DNA from: Octopus sinensis
Taxonomy: Eukaryota
NCBI RefSeq assembly: GCF_006345805.1
Contig: NC_042998.1
Coordinates: 40,362,001 to 40,426,000 of the forward strand
Reading direction: 5' to 3'
Length of the DNA stretch: 64,000 bases
Part shown: positions 52,495 through 64,000 of the stretch, piece by piece
Numbering within the stretch: the first letter of the stretch is position 1
How the letters are laid out: each line of letters starts with the position of its first letter
The notes under the pieces: model-generated
The model's database searches: none
Told to the model about the DNA's origin: nothing
Seen by the model: the letters and a program-made list of their open reading frames with translations, nothing else
Made by a program: the position numbers and the translations under genes

Positions 52495-53348
52495 TGCATA
52501 TATATATATGTATATGTATATGTGTGTGTGTGTATATATATATATATAGCGAGAAGTTGGGGTTATAAGAGATAATGGTGTCATTGAGACCCAAAGGTGT
52601 CAGGTAGTGCTGAATAAGTGCTATAGACAGATCATAATTAAGTTCCATATATATATAAATAATTGAGATTCAGTTGAATTAGATACTTAAGCTGAAGCAC
52701 CACATCAGTCTGGTATTATCCGCACAGCTCGAAGTAAGGTGAATAAAATCAAAATAAGCAATGGGATATCAAGTAGTGATGCAGTACGACTGTTTCAAGT
52801 GGCTTCATTTAATTAAATAATGCAATCATTACATCACTTTAAATGCAATACCATCTTTAGCTGCACAAATAAATATATAGAATTTTAACAAATAGGACAC
52901 ATTAATATAATTTTTCTCAAATATTTTAACAGAGCAAGAAGATGGAAGAAATTCATGTTGTCGCTATTGTAGCTAAGAATAGACTACACTTCCAAGAATC
53001 ACATGAAGCATATTGGAGTCATAGTGTTGTAAGAGATTGTAATCAAATTCTAATTCATTTATCTCTTTATCAGCTACTAAGTCTAAAACTAGAAGACTGT
53101 GTCTATTTTGAATAAAGGACAGATTTGAGTTGACAGCTCATGGCTAGGTATGGTTATAAATATTATTATATGTATCCCTTTTCCTCAGGGAGGAAATAAG
53201 ATATAAATATAAATAACTTTCTATAAAAAGAGGCAGTGTAGGGGTAGACTTTAAATCATATTACCAGTTAGAGGGTCAAGATGCTAAGAAACCTAAGATG
53301 ATAATACAGAGGAAATTTTATTTTGGGGTACTATACTCTTTTTTTTTT

Positions 53349-53535
53349 TCTCTTTTTACTTGTTTCAGTCATTTGACTGCGGCCATGCTGGAGCACCGCC
53401 TTTAATCGAGCAACTCGACCCCAGGACTTATTCTTTTGTAAGCCCAGTACTTATTCTATCGGTTTCTTTTGCTGAACCGCTAAGTGACGGGGACATAAAC
53501 ACACCAGCATTGGTTTTCAAGCAATGCTAGGGGGA

Positions 53536-53606
<71 letters not shown>

Positions 53607-53764
53607 CGACAGGCTTCTTTCAGTTTCCGTCTACCAAATCCACTCACAAGGCATTGGTCGGCCCGGGGCTATAGCAGAAGACACTTGCCCAAGATGCCAC
53701 GCAGTGGGACTGAACCCGGAACCATGTGGTTGGTTAGCAAGCTACTTACCACACAGCCACTCCT
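53349..53764 (-). mobile_element. Full-length, CpG-rich (young) family A SINE
   Basis: Minus-strand head AGGAGTGGCTGTGTGGTAAG...GGTTCAGTCCC; tail colinear with 39771-40180; many CpGs intact. Confidence 0.9.
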
Positions 53765-54689
53765 AACTATGGGTGATTGTTTATAAACAATATTGTTTAT
53801 ATTGTAAAGAAATAAAATTTAAGAATTTCAAAAATGATATCATAACCAAAATAGGTAAAAGGTGTGTATATATCAATTATAAACATTAAAAATGAAAGAC
53901 TACATAGAATCAGTTTAATATTCATTCATATACTTAATTAATTACTTAGTGGTTTCTATAAAGACTGCTTAGGGCATTTATATATGGAATAACTGGAACG
54001 ATATACATGCTATCTATTAATTTTAAGCCATGAATCAGAAAAAAGTAAAGATGCATACAGATACACACACATTTATATATGTGCATATATGCATATATAC
54101 ACATACAGAAATATACGTTTATATGGATGTAGTATAACCATCTCACATAGAATTAAGTAACTGAAAAATATCTGTTTAAGAACAAGAAAAATAACAATTT
54201 ATAAGTAATAAGAGATTAATAGGTAAGGATATCAAAAAAGAAAACAAAATAATAAGAATTTATTGAAAATAATAAGAAATACATATAACCTACATATAAA
54301 GAGACAGGGGATTAAAATTTGAGGTAGGGAAGAGTTAAAGGTATCCTGAAAAGAGGAGGTAATCGGTATGGAAGTAGAGAGGACAGTTAAAGGTATTCAG
54401 ACCGAAGAGATTTTATATGTTGTAATGTTACAGGTGCTATTGTATGTATAATTTCCTAGTTTCTAGGGAATATATGATTTAGTCAAAAGGAGACTCACTT
54501 ACATAAAGTCACTACAAATATACATAATATGATCAGTCGGGTAGAACATCATAGAAAGGAAAATAATGTAATCACCAAAATAGGATGAAGTCAGACTAAC
54601 TAGGTGGGGTTTATCATGGGATAGTATTATATATAGCACACCACATACCATAACACATAGCTTATAACATATGCAATGCAATTTAATTC

Positions 54690-55270
54690 ACCATATTACA
54701 TAATAGCCCATGACTTTATCATATTTAATACTAGAGGGTAAGTTTACTATGGATACAACACCAAAATTAATTTCAACATGCTTGTTTACCAAGTTTTCAT
54801 TACTTAACAGAATGCACAAAGCTTCCTCGAGGCACAGGTCACATATGCTGGATAATACATTATATGGGTGTGCATTTTTTATTATTGACCATTCTATTTC
54901 ATATCTTATTTTTCCTTCTTTTAATCTCCATACCAGGTCCACTAGTGATATTGCATGTCATCAGCTTATCTTTTGGAATGAGGAGATATGGTTGTGATAA
55001 TGAACCTTATATTAGTTTTTGGAGGCTCCTATCTATGCATATTTATGTTGTGGTGTGGTGATTGTGCATTTGTATATGATGTTTTTTTTTGCATGCATTG
55101 GTTCCTAAGTAGACATGCAGATTTCTTGTGGCAACTGCAGTGCACAGTGCTTTGCACTATTATTATTGTAGTTATTTGGTGACTTTTTGCTTTTGTGATG
55201 TTTCGGTTGACTAGCAATGTCTGAAGTGTTCTTGATGTTATTGCCTGTTTTGTTGATTCCTTTTTGCACT
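54690..55270 (-). mobile_element. Penelope-like element remnant, GIY-YIG endonuclease region
   Basis: HCSCHKKSACLLRNQCMQK, a frameshifted YIG-containing segment, then WRLKEGKIRYEIEWSIIKNAHPY...CDLCLEE...LVNKHVE, the typical PLE C-terminus. Confidence 0.8.
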
Positions 55271-55451
55271 TTTGTTTGAATCCTATTATAACTGTCGGGT
55301 TAAATGGATGCATATACATGTGTGTGTGTATATATACATATTTATAAATGTGTGTGCATATGCATATACATCTATGTCTTTGTGTATTATGTATATAAAA
55401 ACAAAAAATGCTCTGACAACATACACACACATTAGTGTGTGTGCATCTGAA

Positions 55452-55489
<38 letters not shown>

Positions 55490-57572
55490 TGTGCATACGT
55501 GCATGTGTGTGTTCATGTGTTATACAATTTAATGAGAGAATTTCTGATATGTCTGTTCCTTGTGCAAAATCACCTTGCACTATCTGAAATGCAATGAATC
55601 AGGAACTGGTCCACTAGAAACCGATAATAACCTGTAACATTATAATTCACGAAATGCATGTATTAAAAATCTTTTGCATTGTCTCTCTGACACTGTTTTT
55701 ATTGTCACAGGCTGTTACTATTATTGATTTTATTTGTGTTAGTTAAACAATAGAGTTTTCGCAAATTTGATTGTCAACAAATCAATAAATATTAGTTCAA
55801 TAAATTTTACAATGTTTGAGGAAGTGTGCTGGAAGACTTGTAAGTCAAACTGGCACTTCATCAGTTACAACGGCAAAGGTTCCAGTTGATCCGATTAACA
55901 GAACAGCATGCTTGTGAAATTTATGTGCAAGTGGCTGAACACTCCACAGAGACATGTACCTATAACTTAGTTTTCAGGGAGATTCAGCATGACACAGAAT
56001 GTGACAAGGGGGGCCCTTTGGATTACAGCTACAATCGTTTTTGCCAGCTGAGTGGACTGGAGTATTGTAAAATAAAGTGTCTTGCTCAAGGATACAATGT
56101 GGCAGATATCAAACTCATGACCTTATGATCATGAACTGAATACCCTAACCACTAAGCCATGCACCTTTGTAAGCATGTCAGAAAATAAATGCTTTACAGT
56201 ATTACTTCTGACTCATTATGTTCTGAGTTTAAATTCCACCAAGGTTGACTGCTTTTTATCTTTTCAGGTTTGATAAAATAAGTACTGGTTGAGCACTGAG
56301 GTTGGTGTAATCAACTAACCCACTTCCTTAAAATTACTGCTGTTGTGCTAAAAAAATTAGAAATAAATAAATTTTACAACATTGAATGATTTTAGCCAGT
56401 AAATTTTGTGGGAAAGGTTCTTCAGCCTTCCCTCTTCAGATTTCATTATTAACATTCTCTTCATGACACAAACTGATTTCATTTTGTAACAATTATTTGT
56501 TATAGTTTAAACACTTCACCTACTCTTAACATTCTTGCGTTGTTGACCCCCATTCATCTGTCTGTTCTGACACGTGATTGCTAGGCGTTTTAAGATAATC
56601 AAGTTCATAAAAGAGGACTTAGTCTTGCAAAATTCATTCGATCAGGAATATAATAAAATAGAAATGACTAATGGTGAATAACCAAAACCATAAAAAATTA
56701 TTAGTAATATTTTTATTTTCTTATGTAAAAAATAAGATTGATCAATAAAAATACTAAAAGAAAAAGAAAACTGCATTCTATAAGTGGGTATGAGTTACAT
56801 TTTTATGAAATAATTCTTTTTTGCAATAGTAGATCTTGAAGTTCATAAAACTATAAATGTTGGTTTCAAATTTTGGCACAAGGTCAGCAATTTTGTGGGA
56901 GAGGTGAAGTTGATTATATCAAACCCATTGCTCAACTGGTACTTATTTTATCGACCCTGAAAGGATGAAAGACAGCATTGACCTCAGCAGAATTTGAACT
57001 CATGTAAAAACATGAAATACTGCTAACCATTTTTCCTGGTGTCCTATACATAAAGCTATAAATATTATTTGAAATTTTGGCACAAGGCCAGTATTTTGGG
57101 AGATAGGGTAAGTTGATTACATCGATCCCAGTGATTAACTGCTACTTATTTTATCAACCCTGAAAGGATGAAAGGCAAAGTTGACCTCAGTGGAATTTGA
57201 ACTTAGAACATAGAGATGTATGAATACTGCTAAGCATTTTCCCACTGTACTAAGCATAAATCTATATTGAGTTGAAAATTCTTTTTAGGATTGACAATGT
57301 TGAAAAGCTTCCTGTAGGACTGAAACCTCCATCTCTTGTAGACATGACAAGCATTCAGTCATTGGACAAAGTAATCTTTTGAAATTCTCTATCTATTTTA
57401 GAAATTTTATTCTTATCAGCAAAAACTATATGTTGTTGATGGCAAAAGAATTTATAAACTTTTGAGAGAACTTGAAATAATTCTATCTTGGAACTGTGGA
57501 TCTCAAAACAAGTGAATATTGAGCCAAAAAATCATTTTGGGTACAAAAACAAAGGTAACCTGAGATTATATT

Positions 57573-57780
57573 TTAACCCTTTTGATACCAACTTGTCTGA
57601 AGCCGCCTATGGTTCTGTTACAAATTTCGTGCTTTAAAGCCATTTAAATTAATATCGTCCATCAAAATTTCATGGTAATTTATGTTCCAAATGTCAGCTT
57701 ACTAAATTATTCATAATTTTCAAAATTAACTGAAACATAGGCTGCTTATTTCAACAGAAATAGGATAACAAAAGGATTGA
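57573..57780. mobile_element. piggyBac-type MITE, same family as 6091-6314
   Basis: TTAA-CCCTTTTGATACC at the left end; degenerate AAAAGGATTGA at the right end. Confidence 0.6.
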
Positions 57781-59489
57781 AGTCTTTTAAAAAAATATTT
57801 TTGATACATCTAAAGTTAGCTCAAATAAAACGACTTTAAGTGAGCTAAATAATATTTGACATGGAAAAGTTCTGTCTTACTGCAACAAAACATCAAAGGA
57901 CTCATAATTCACTACTTCATAATAAACTCTTATGTTCCCTCTCATCAAGTGAGGAAGATAAGTGATTAAATAGCCAAGCAATAGCCTGTACAAATTCTTG
58001 CTTTCTATAGGCACAGGCGTGGCTGTGTGGTTAAAATGTTGGCTTCCCAACCACATGATTTCAGTTTCAGCCCCACTGTGGCACCTTAGGCATGTGTGTC
58101 TTCCACCACAGCCCCAGGCCAATCAAAGCTTTGTGATCATCATCATTTAACATCTGTCTTCCATGCTGGTATGGGTTGGATTATTTGACAGGGGTTGATG
58201 AGCCAGAGGACTGCACCAAGCTCAACTGTCTGCTTTGACAAGGCTTTTACAGTTGGATGTCCTTCCTAATTCCGACTACTTTATATAGTAGCTGGGTGCT
58301 TTTTACATGGTATCAGCACCAGTGAGGTCACCTAATAACTTACAAGACAAAGATCCTTGGCAGAAACGTTAGCACGCCAGGCAAAATGCTTAGCAGTATT
58401 TTGTCTGCCACTACGTTCTGAGTTCAAATTCCGCCAAGGTTAACTTTACCTTTCATCCTTTTGGGGTCAATTAAATAAGTACCAGTTACACACTGGGGTC
58501 TATATAATTGACTTAATCCGTTTGTCTGTCCTTGTTTGTCCCCTGTGTGTGTAGCCCCTTGTGGGCAGTAAAGAAATAGGTATTGAGGGAACACACACAT
58601 ACACACACATTTGGCAATGACAACAACAATGACAATGACGACGACAACATCGATGACAATGATGAAAACAATGACAATGAGGACAGCGATGATGATGATG
58701 ACAATGATAATAATGATGATAATGGCGATGATGATGATGATGAAAGTGATCATTCCTAAAGGAGAATTAGTGAAAGTCATAATTTGTACTGAATCCGTAT
58801 AACTATTTAAACTGTAAAGGATTGTTTCTGAAAATTGTCTTAAGTAGAATTCTAAAACATTTTGTAAAAGTGTTCTGCTAAATTATTGATAATCTTTCTA
58901 TAGCTAATCAGTAAAAGATTAGTTTACTGGCAGAGTTGTTAGAGCACATGATGAGATAGATGCCTTGTGGTATTTATTCATGCACCTTGTGTGTGTTCTG
59001 AGTATAGTGTTCTGAAATTTTGGTAAACTGCATCTGTTAATTGTTTAATACCAGGACCTGGTCCTTGGGTACTTTTTGTAGAGTTCACCCTGTTGCAAAC
59101 ATATGGACCAAAGTTCTGGTTTTAGGATTACTTGGAGAACCTAAGAAGAAAAGAGTGATGGGTGTTGCATTATTTTATTGACTGAATGGTAAAAAAAGAA
59201 AGAAAAATCAAATTGCATATAGGTTCAGGCATCGTTGTGGGGTAAGAAGTGCTATTGAAAGTTCCTAGTTTGGAAAAAAAAAAACGTAAGAGGCTTAGTG
59301 CCTCATTTTGTTATTAAATTGTGAACAATGTAAGAGGTTTGTTGCCTCATGAATAATATAAGAGATAAATGTTCTTGGGAAAAGAATTTTTCCCCCATTA
59401 ATCATCATTTTCATTTTTCATTTCATATAACATCATGTCTGTGTCCAGCCCGCAGCTTCCTATCTTTATGTAAGGCCTTTATGGCCAAT

Positions 59490-61318
59490 ATAATGAAATA
59501 AAGAAGTTTGTTTTCCAACCATATTGTTTCAGATTCAGTCCCACTGTGTGGCATTTTGGGCAAATGTCTTCTACAATAGCTCCAGTTTGACCAAAGCCTT
59601 GTGAATAGATATAGTTGACAAAAACTGAGAGAAGCCTGTCATACATGTATGTATGTATGTATGTATGTATGTATGTATGTATGTATGTATGTATGTATGT
59701 ATGTATGTATGTATGTATGCATGTATGTACGTTTGTATGTATGTATGTATGTATGTCTGTATGTATGTCTGTATGTATGTGTGTGTGTATGTGTGTGTGT
59801 GTGCATGTGTGTATGTGTGGATGTGCGTATGTGTGTACATATGTGCATGCATGTGTGTGTGTGTTTGTGTGTTCCCCTTCCACCTGCTTGACAACTGGTG
59901 TTGCTTTGTTTGCATCCCCATAACTTAGTAGTTTGGCAAAAAAGACCAATAGGGTAAGTACCAGACTTGAGAAAAATAAGTACTGGTGTTGGTGTTGATT
60001 TGTCCAACTAAACCCTTGAAGGCAGTGCTCCAGCATGGCTGCAAGTTTAATGATTGAAATACTTAAAAGATAAAAGATCAAAGATAAAAGAAAGACACTG
60101 GTTGGTAAAAAACTTTTAAGAACTTTAAGTAGAGAACTGTCAGACTGGAGATATACCAAAATATCTTGAAACAAAATGCAACTTGACCTTACAGATTGAG
60201 TGACAAAAAAGATAGTTAGAAACTATCATATTATCCTGTCTATGTTTATCAGTCCCTATGACAGCATAGAAAACTTTAGTAGTAAATATTAACTGAAAAT
60301 AGTGGAGTCATTCATAGTAATTGATTTTGGTGATAAGGGATAATAGCCATGGCAGGGTAGTCTTAGTGAATTAATGAATCGTATAATCTAAATTTGAGAA
60401 ATTAGTTCAGCTATCGTTTTAAGAAGCTACATTGATCAGAAAATAATCATGATAGGCGTAGGAATGGCTGTGTCATAAGTAGCTTGCTTATGAACCACAT
60501 GGTTCCGGGTTCAGTCCTACTGCATGGCACCTTGGACAAGTGTCTTCTATTATAACCTCGGGCTGACCAAAGCCTTGTGAGTGTATTTGGTAGACGGAAA
60601 CTGAAAGAAGCCCATCGTATATATGTATATATGTATGTGTGTGCATGCGTGTGTGTGTGTGTGTGCATACGTGTGTGTGTGTGTGTATCTGTGTTTGCCC
60701 CCCCAACATTGCTTGACAACCGATTCTGGTGTGTTTACATCCCCGTAACTTAGCAGTTCAGCAAAAGAGACTGATAGAATAAGTACTAGGCTTACAAAGA
60801 ATAAGTCCTGGGGTCGATTTGCTCAACTAAAGGTGGTGCTCCAGCATGGCCACAGTCAAATGACTGAAACAAGTAAAAGAGTATAGGCATAGATGTGGTT
60901 GTGTGGTAAGAAGCTTTTTTCCCCAACCATATGGTTCTGGGTTCTGTCTCACTGCAAGGCACCTTAGATAAGTGTCTTCTATTATAGCCTCAGGCCAACC
61001 AAACAAAAGCCTTGTGAGTGGATTTGGTAGACAGAAACTGAAAGAAGCTCACTCTATATATATGTATACATCTATGTGTGCATGTCTTTGTATCTGTGTT
61101 TGAACTGCACCACCGCTTGACAACTGGTGGTGGTGTGTTTACATCCTTGTAACTTAGTCGTTCAGCAAAAGAGACCAATAGAATAAGTACAGGACGAAAA
61201 AAAAAAAAGCCCTGCGATCTATTTGTTTGGCTAAAATCCCTTCAAGGCGGTGCCCCAGCATGACCACAGTCAAATGACTGAAACAAGTGAAAGATAAAAG
61301 ATAAAAGATAGAGATAAA
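59490..61318 (+). mobile_element. Cluster of three same-orientation family A SINEs (about 59490-60085, 60454-60881, 60885-61318)
   Basis: Three colinear head-microsatellite-tail units; the last two are directly head-to-tail. Confidence 0.88.
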
Positions 61319-61627
61319 ATTCCCAAATGAAATATTCTAACAATAATGGATGGATCCCATTGCTTGTTGTAAATTTTATCTCCCTATGTGATCTTGATTC
61401 TAAATAATTGCTTTTATCTTTAAACAAATTCAATTGTTATCTTCATTCTACCACAAGTCTCTCGCCTTCACTCATTATAGCCATGTCATCTCCATCTCTA
61501 AACATCTCCCCTCACACTCTTATGGAACATATCCTTCTATCCCCTCTACACTACTTATACTCACCACATTGTTCCCTATAGACAGGCTCCATTACAACTA
61601 AAACACCATCTATTTTTTCTTTCTTTC

Positions 61628-61647
61628 ACTCATCATCATTGTCATCG

Positions 61648-61680
<33 letters not shown>

Positions 61681-61751
61681 CCATCACCATCATCATCATC
61701 TTCATCACCATCATGATCATGATCATGCTCCTCCTCCTCCCCACCACCACC

Positions 61752-61782
<31 letters not shown>

Positions 61783-61915
61783 CCATCATCATTATCATCA
61801 TCATCATTGTCGTCGTCATCATCATCATTGTCATAGTCATCATCATTATCATCACTTGTCATCATTGACGTCATGATCGTGATCGTGATCATGATCACCA
61901 CTACCACTATCATGT
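61628..61915. repeat. (CAT)n/(CAC)n trinucleotide microsatellite
   Basis: Directly visible; explains the poly-Met/Asp ORFs. Confidence 0.95.
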
Positions 61916-62630
61916 TTTAAGGACTGTTTTCTGAAGCTTGTTTTCTAAATGAGTACATATATCTAAAACTGTAGGCTCGTTATTGTATTATATATTGAAA
62001 GTTATGACATGTGATATAAATACGTGTAAACTGAATGCTTGAGAAATTAAAATCCGTGACTGAGTTGTTACTAGAAAACATAATTTTGTAAGTTATTTTC
62101 TAATTGTTTTTCATATAAACATGTGTGAAAAATTGCTTACAAATTCAAATGGGGTTGTATATAAACAGATGAAAGCTGTATGACTGTAGATTGATGAGTG
62201 ATGTAATTTAAGATGACACAAGATATGGTTTGTTATATAACAGCGTGGGCTTCTGAAATATTATATTCCTATCAGTTTCTTAATGTAGATATTTTCTGGT
62301 TAAAAGAAAAGAAGTTTGAAGATAAAAAAAAAAGGATAAATATATAAATAAAAAAAAATTTAAGGAATACAATGTAGGTTGATTGTAGCCAGAAATAACC
62401 CCCTTTCTTTCAGCAACAAGGCATACAAATGAAATGCAAGAATTCTTGAATTATATATATATATATTTTTTATATATTAGTAATACTTTTTTGTTTATCA
62501 ACTCAACTCTTCAGAGAGTTATAGTATTCTATTGCACCATACTGCAATATCATATAACATTCTTCTATAGTATTATATACTGGTTACTGTCATAAGTTAT
62601 AGTGTGCTGTGATTTCTTATATCAATACGA

Positions 62631-63844
62631 CAGTGAATCTAAATGGAGATTACTTCAATTTTTCTATTCAAATAATCCAATATTATAATAGATATATATT
62701 ATAAAAGGAAAGAGTACCATCTGGATTCAAAAACAGGTTAAAACGGACTTTGGAACCTGGTGTGGACCTTGGCCTTGCAAGTTTCTGTCAAGTTGTCCAA
62801 ATCATGCCAGCATGAAAAAGGGATGTAAAATAGAGGTGGCGGTGGCAGCAGCAGGGGCGGCGTCAGCGACAGCAGCGGCATCAGCGATGGCAGTGGCGTC
62901 AGCGTCAGTCACATAGGTGGTGGCGGCAGCATCAGCAGCAGTGGTGGTGGCAGCAGCAGCTGCTGCGAATCACAGTCATTTTCTTCTGTTCCACATCCTA
63001 TCTCAGCTGAGAGGACTATGTCTTGCAAGCTATGTGGTGACCCTGCTGGTGTTACATAAAAAAATACCTGTGCAGGTGCCACATAAGGAGTACTTGTGTT
63101 GGAACCATGTAAAAAATACCTGTGCTGGTGCTACATAAAAAGCACCCAGTACACGTAAAGTAGTTGGAATTAGGAAAGGCTTCCAGCTATAGAAACCATG
63201 TCAAAGCAGACAAATGGAGCCTGGTGTAGCTCTCTGGCTTGCCAGCTCAAGTTGAATCATCAGCTCATGTCAACATGGAAAACAGGCATTAAATGATGAA
63301 GATGACGATGATGATATGCATCTGTGTGTGTTACTGTCTCCTTGTCCCAACACCATGTGATAGTTTAAATGAGTGTCAACATCATGCAAGCAATGCCCTC
63401 CATTTTTAATCTTCCATGAAAACATGTAGGGTCATGGGAAAATAAACACAGGAAAGACATTTGGCTGTAGAAAATCCACCTCAAAAATTTCCATCAGATC
63501 CATGTGTGTAAAAGTGAATGTTAAATGATGATGATAATGACAACAACAACAATGATGATAATGAAGATGATGACAATGACAACGATGTGATGATGATGAG
63601 GATAATGATAATGATGATGAATGTGAGGATGATGATGATGATGATAACAGCATTTAGTTTAATGCTCTTCTGTTTTAATTTAATCAATTTCACTGCCTTT
63701 TTCTTCTTCTGAATAGTAAATGAAAATTTTAACCTGTTTTTGAATCCAGAAGGTACTCTTTCCTCTTATAATATATAGCTTAGCTATTATAATATTGGAT
63801 TATTTGATTAGAAAAATTGAAGTAATCTCCATTTAAATTCACAG
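62631..63844. repeat. ~115-bp inverted repeat arms (62631-62743 and 63728-63844) around a ~1-kb SINE-filled spacer
   Basis: AAATGGAGATTACTTCAATTTTTCTA.TCAAATAATCCAATATTATAATAG...GGAAAGAGTACC.TCTGGATTCAAAAACAGGTTAAAA occurs on both strands with few differences. Confidence 0.9.
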
Positions 63845-64000
63845 TTTTTGTGAGAGATTTTTAGTTATGCTTGTTCTTGTAAAATTTGCTCGTATCAACA
63901 TGAGCAATATGAATATAAAAATGAATATTGATTTCTCAGAGAAGGAAAAGACTTTAGATTTACTGCGAAAGGAAAATTAGATTATGTGAAACCTTTACTT

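Noticed and set aside
62493-62514. Minus-strand CTGAAGA...AAAC next to the inverted-repeat arm
   Set aside because: G12 is missing and helix II is only 2 bp; indistinguishable from chance.
62836-62970. Poly-Ala ORF 62917-63138
   Set aside because: A GC-rich degenerate trinucleotide tract at a SINE tail, running into another repeat.

Overview
Strongly AT-rich, repeat-dense animal genomic DNA. The tRNA-derived SINEs with RTE-type (GAT)n tails and the microsatellite load resemble octopus/coleoid cephalopod DNA (inference). Only one protein-coding exon is confidently recognisable: the first coding exon of an AGPAT1/2-like lysophosphatidic acid acyltransferase (minus strand, 21173-20986). I found no NHQS or FPEGT exon in the 21 kb downstream, so positions 1-20985 are probably its first intron. 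A CpG-retaining zone at about 18.4-22.6 kb may be a bidirectional promoter for a weakly supported plus-strand gene (candidate exons 21729-21766, 35494-35728, 36502-36595). The rest is mobile DNA and simple repeats: three mariner remnants (one full length with TIRs and TA TSD), a Tigger/pogo remnant, RTE LINE fragments, a Penelope GIY-YIG remnant, a young non-autonomous Helitron, MITEs and at least three SINE families. Most ORFs in the supplied track are microsatellite or repeat artefacts. The most interesting signals are two minimal type I hammerhead ribozyme motifs, one of them inside a tRNA-headed Pol III SINE-like element, and a candidate exon tightly bracketed by inverted SINE copies.
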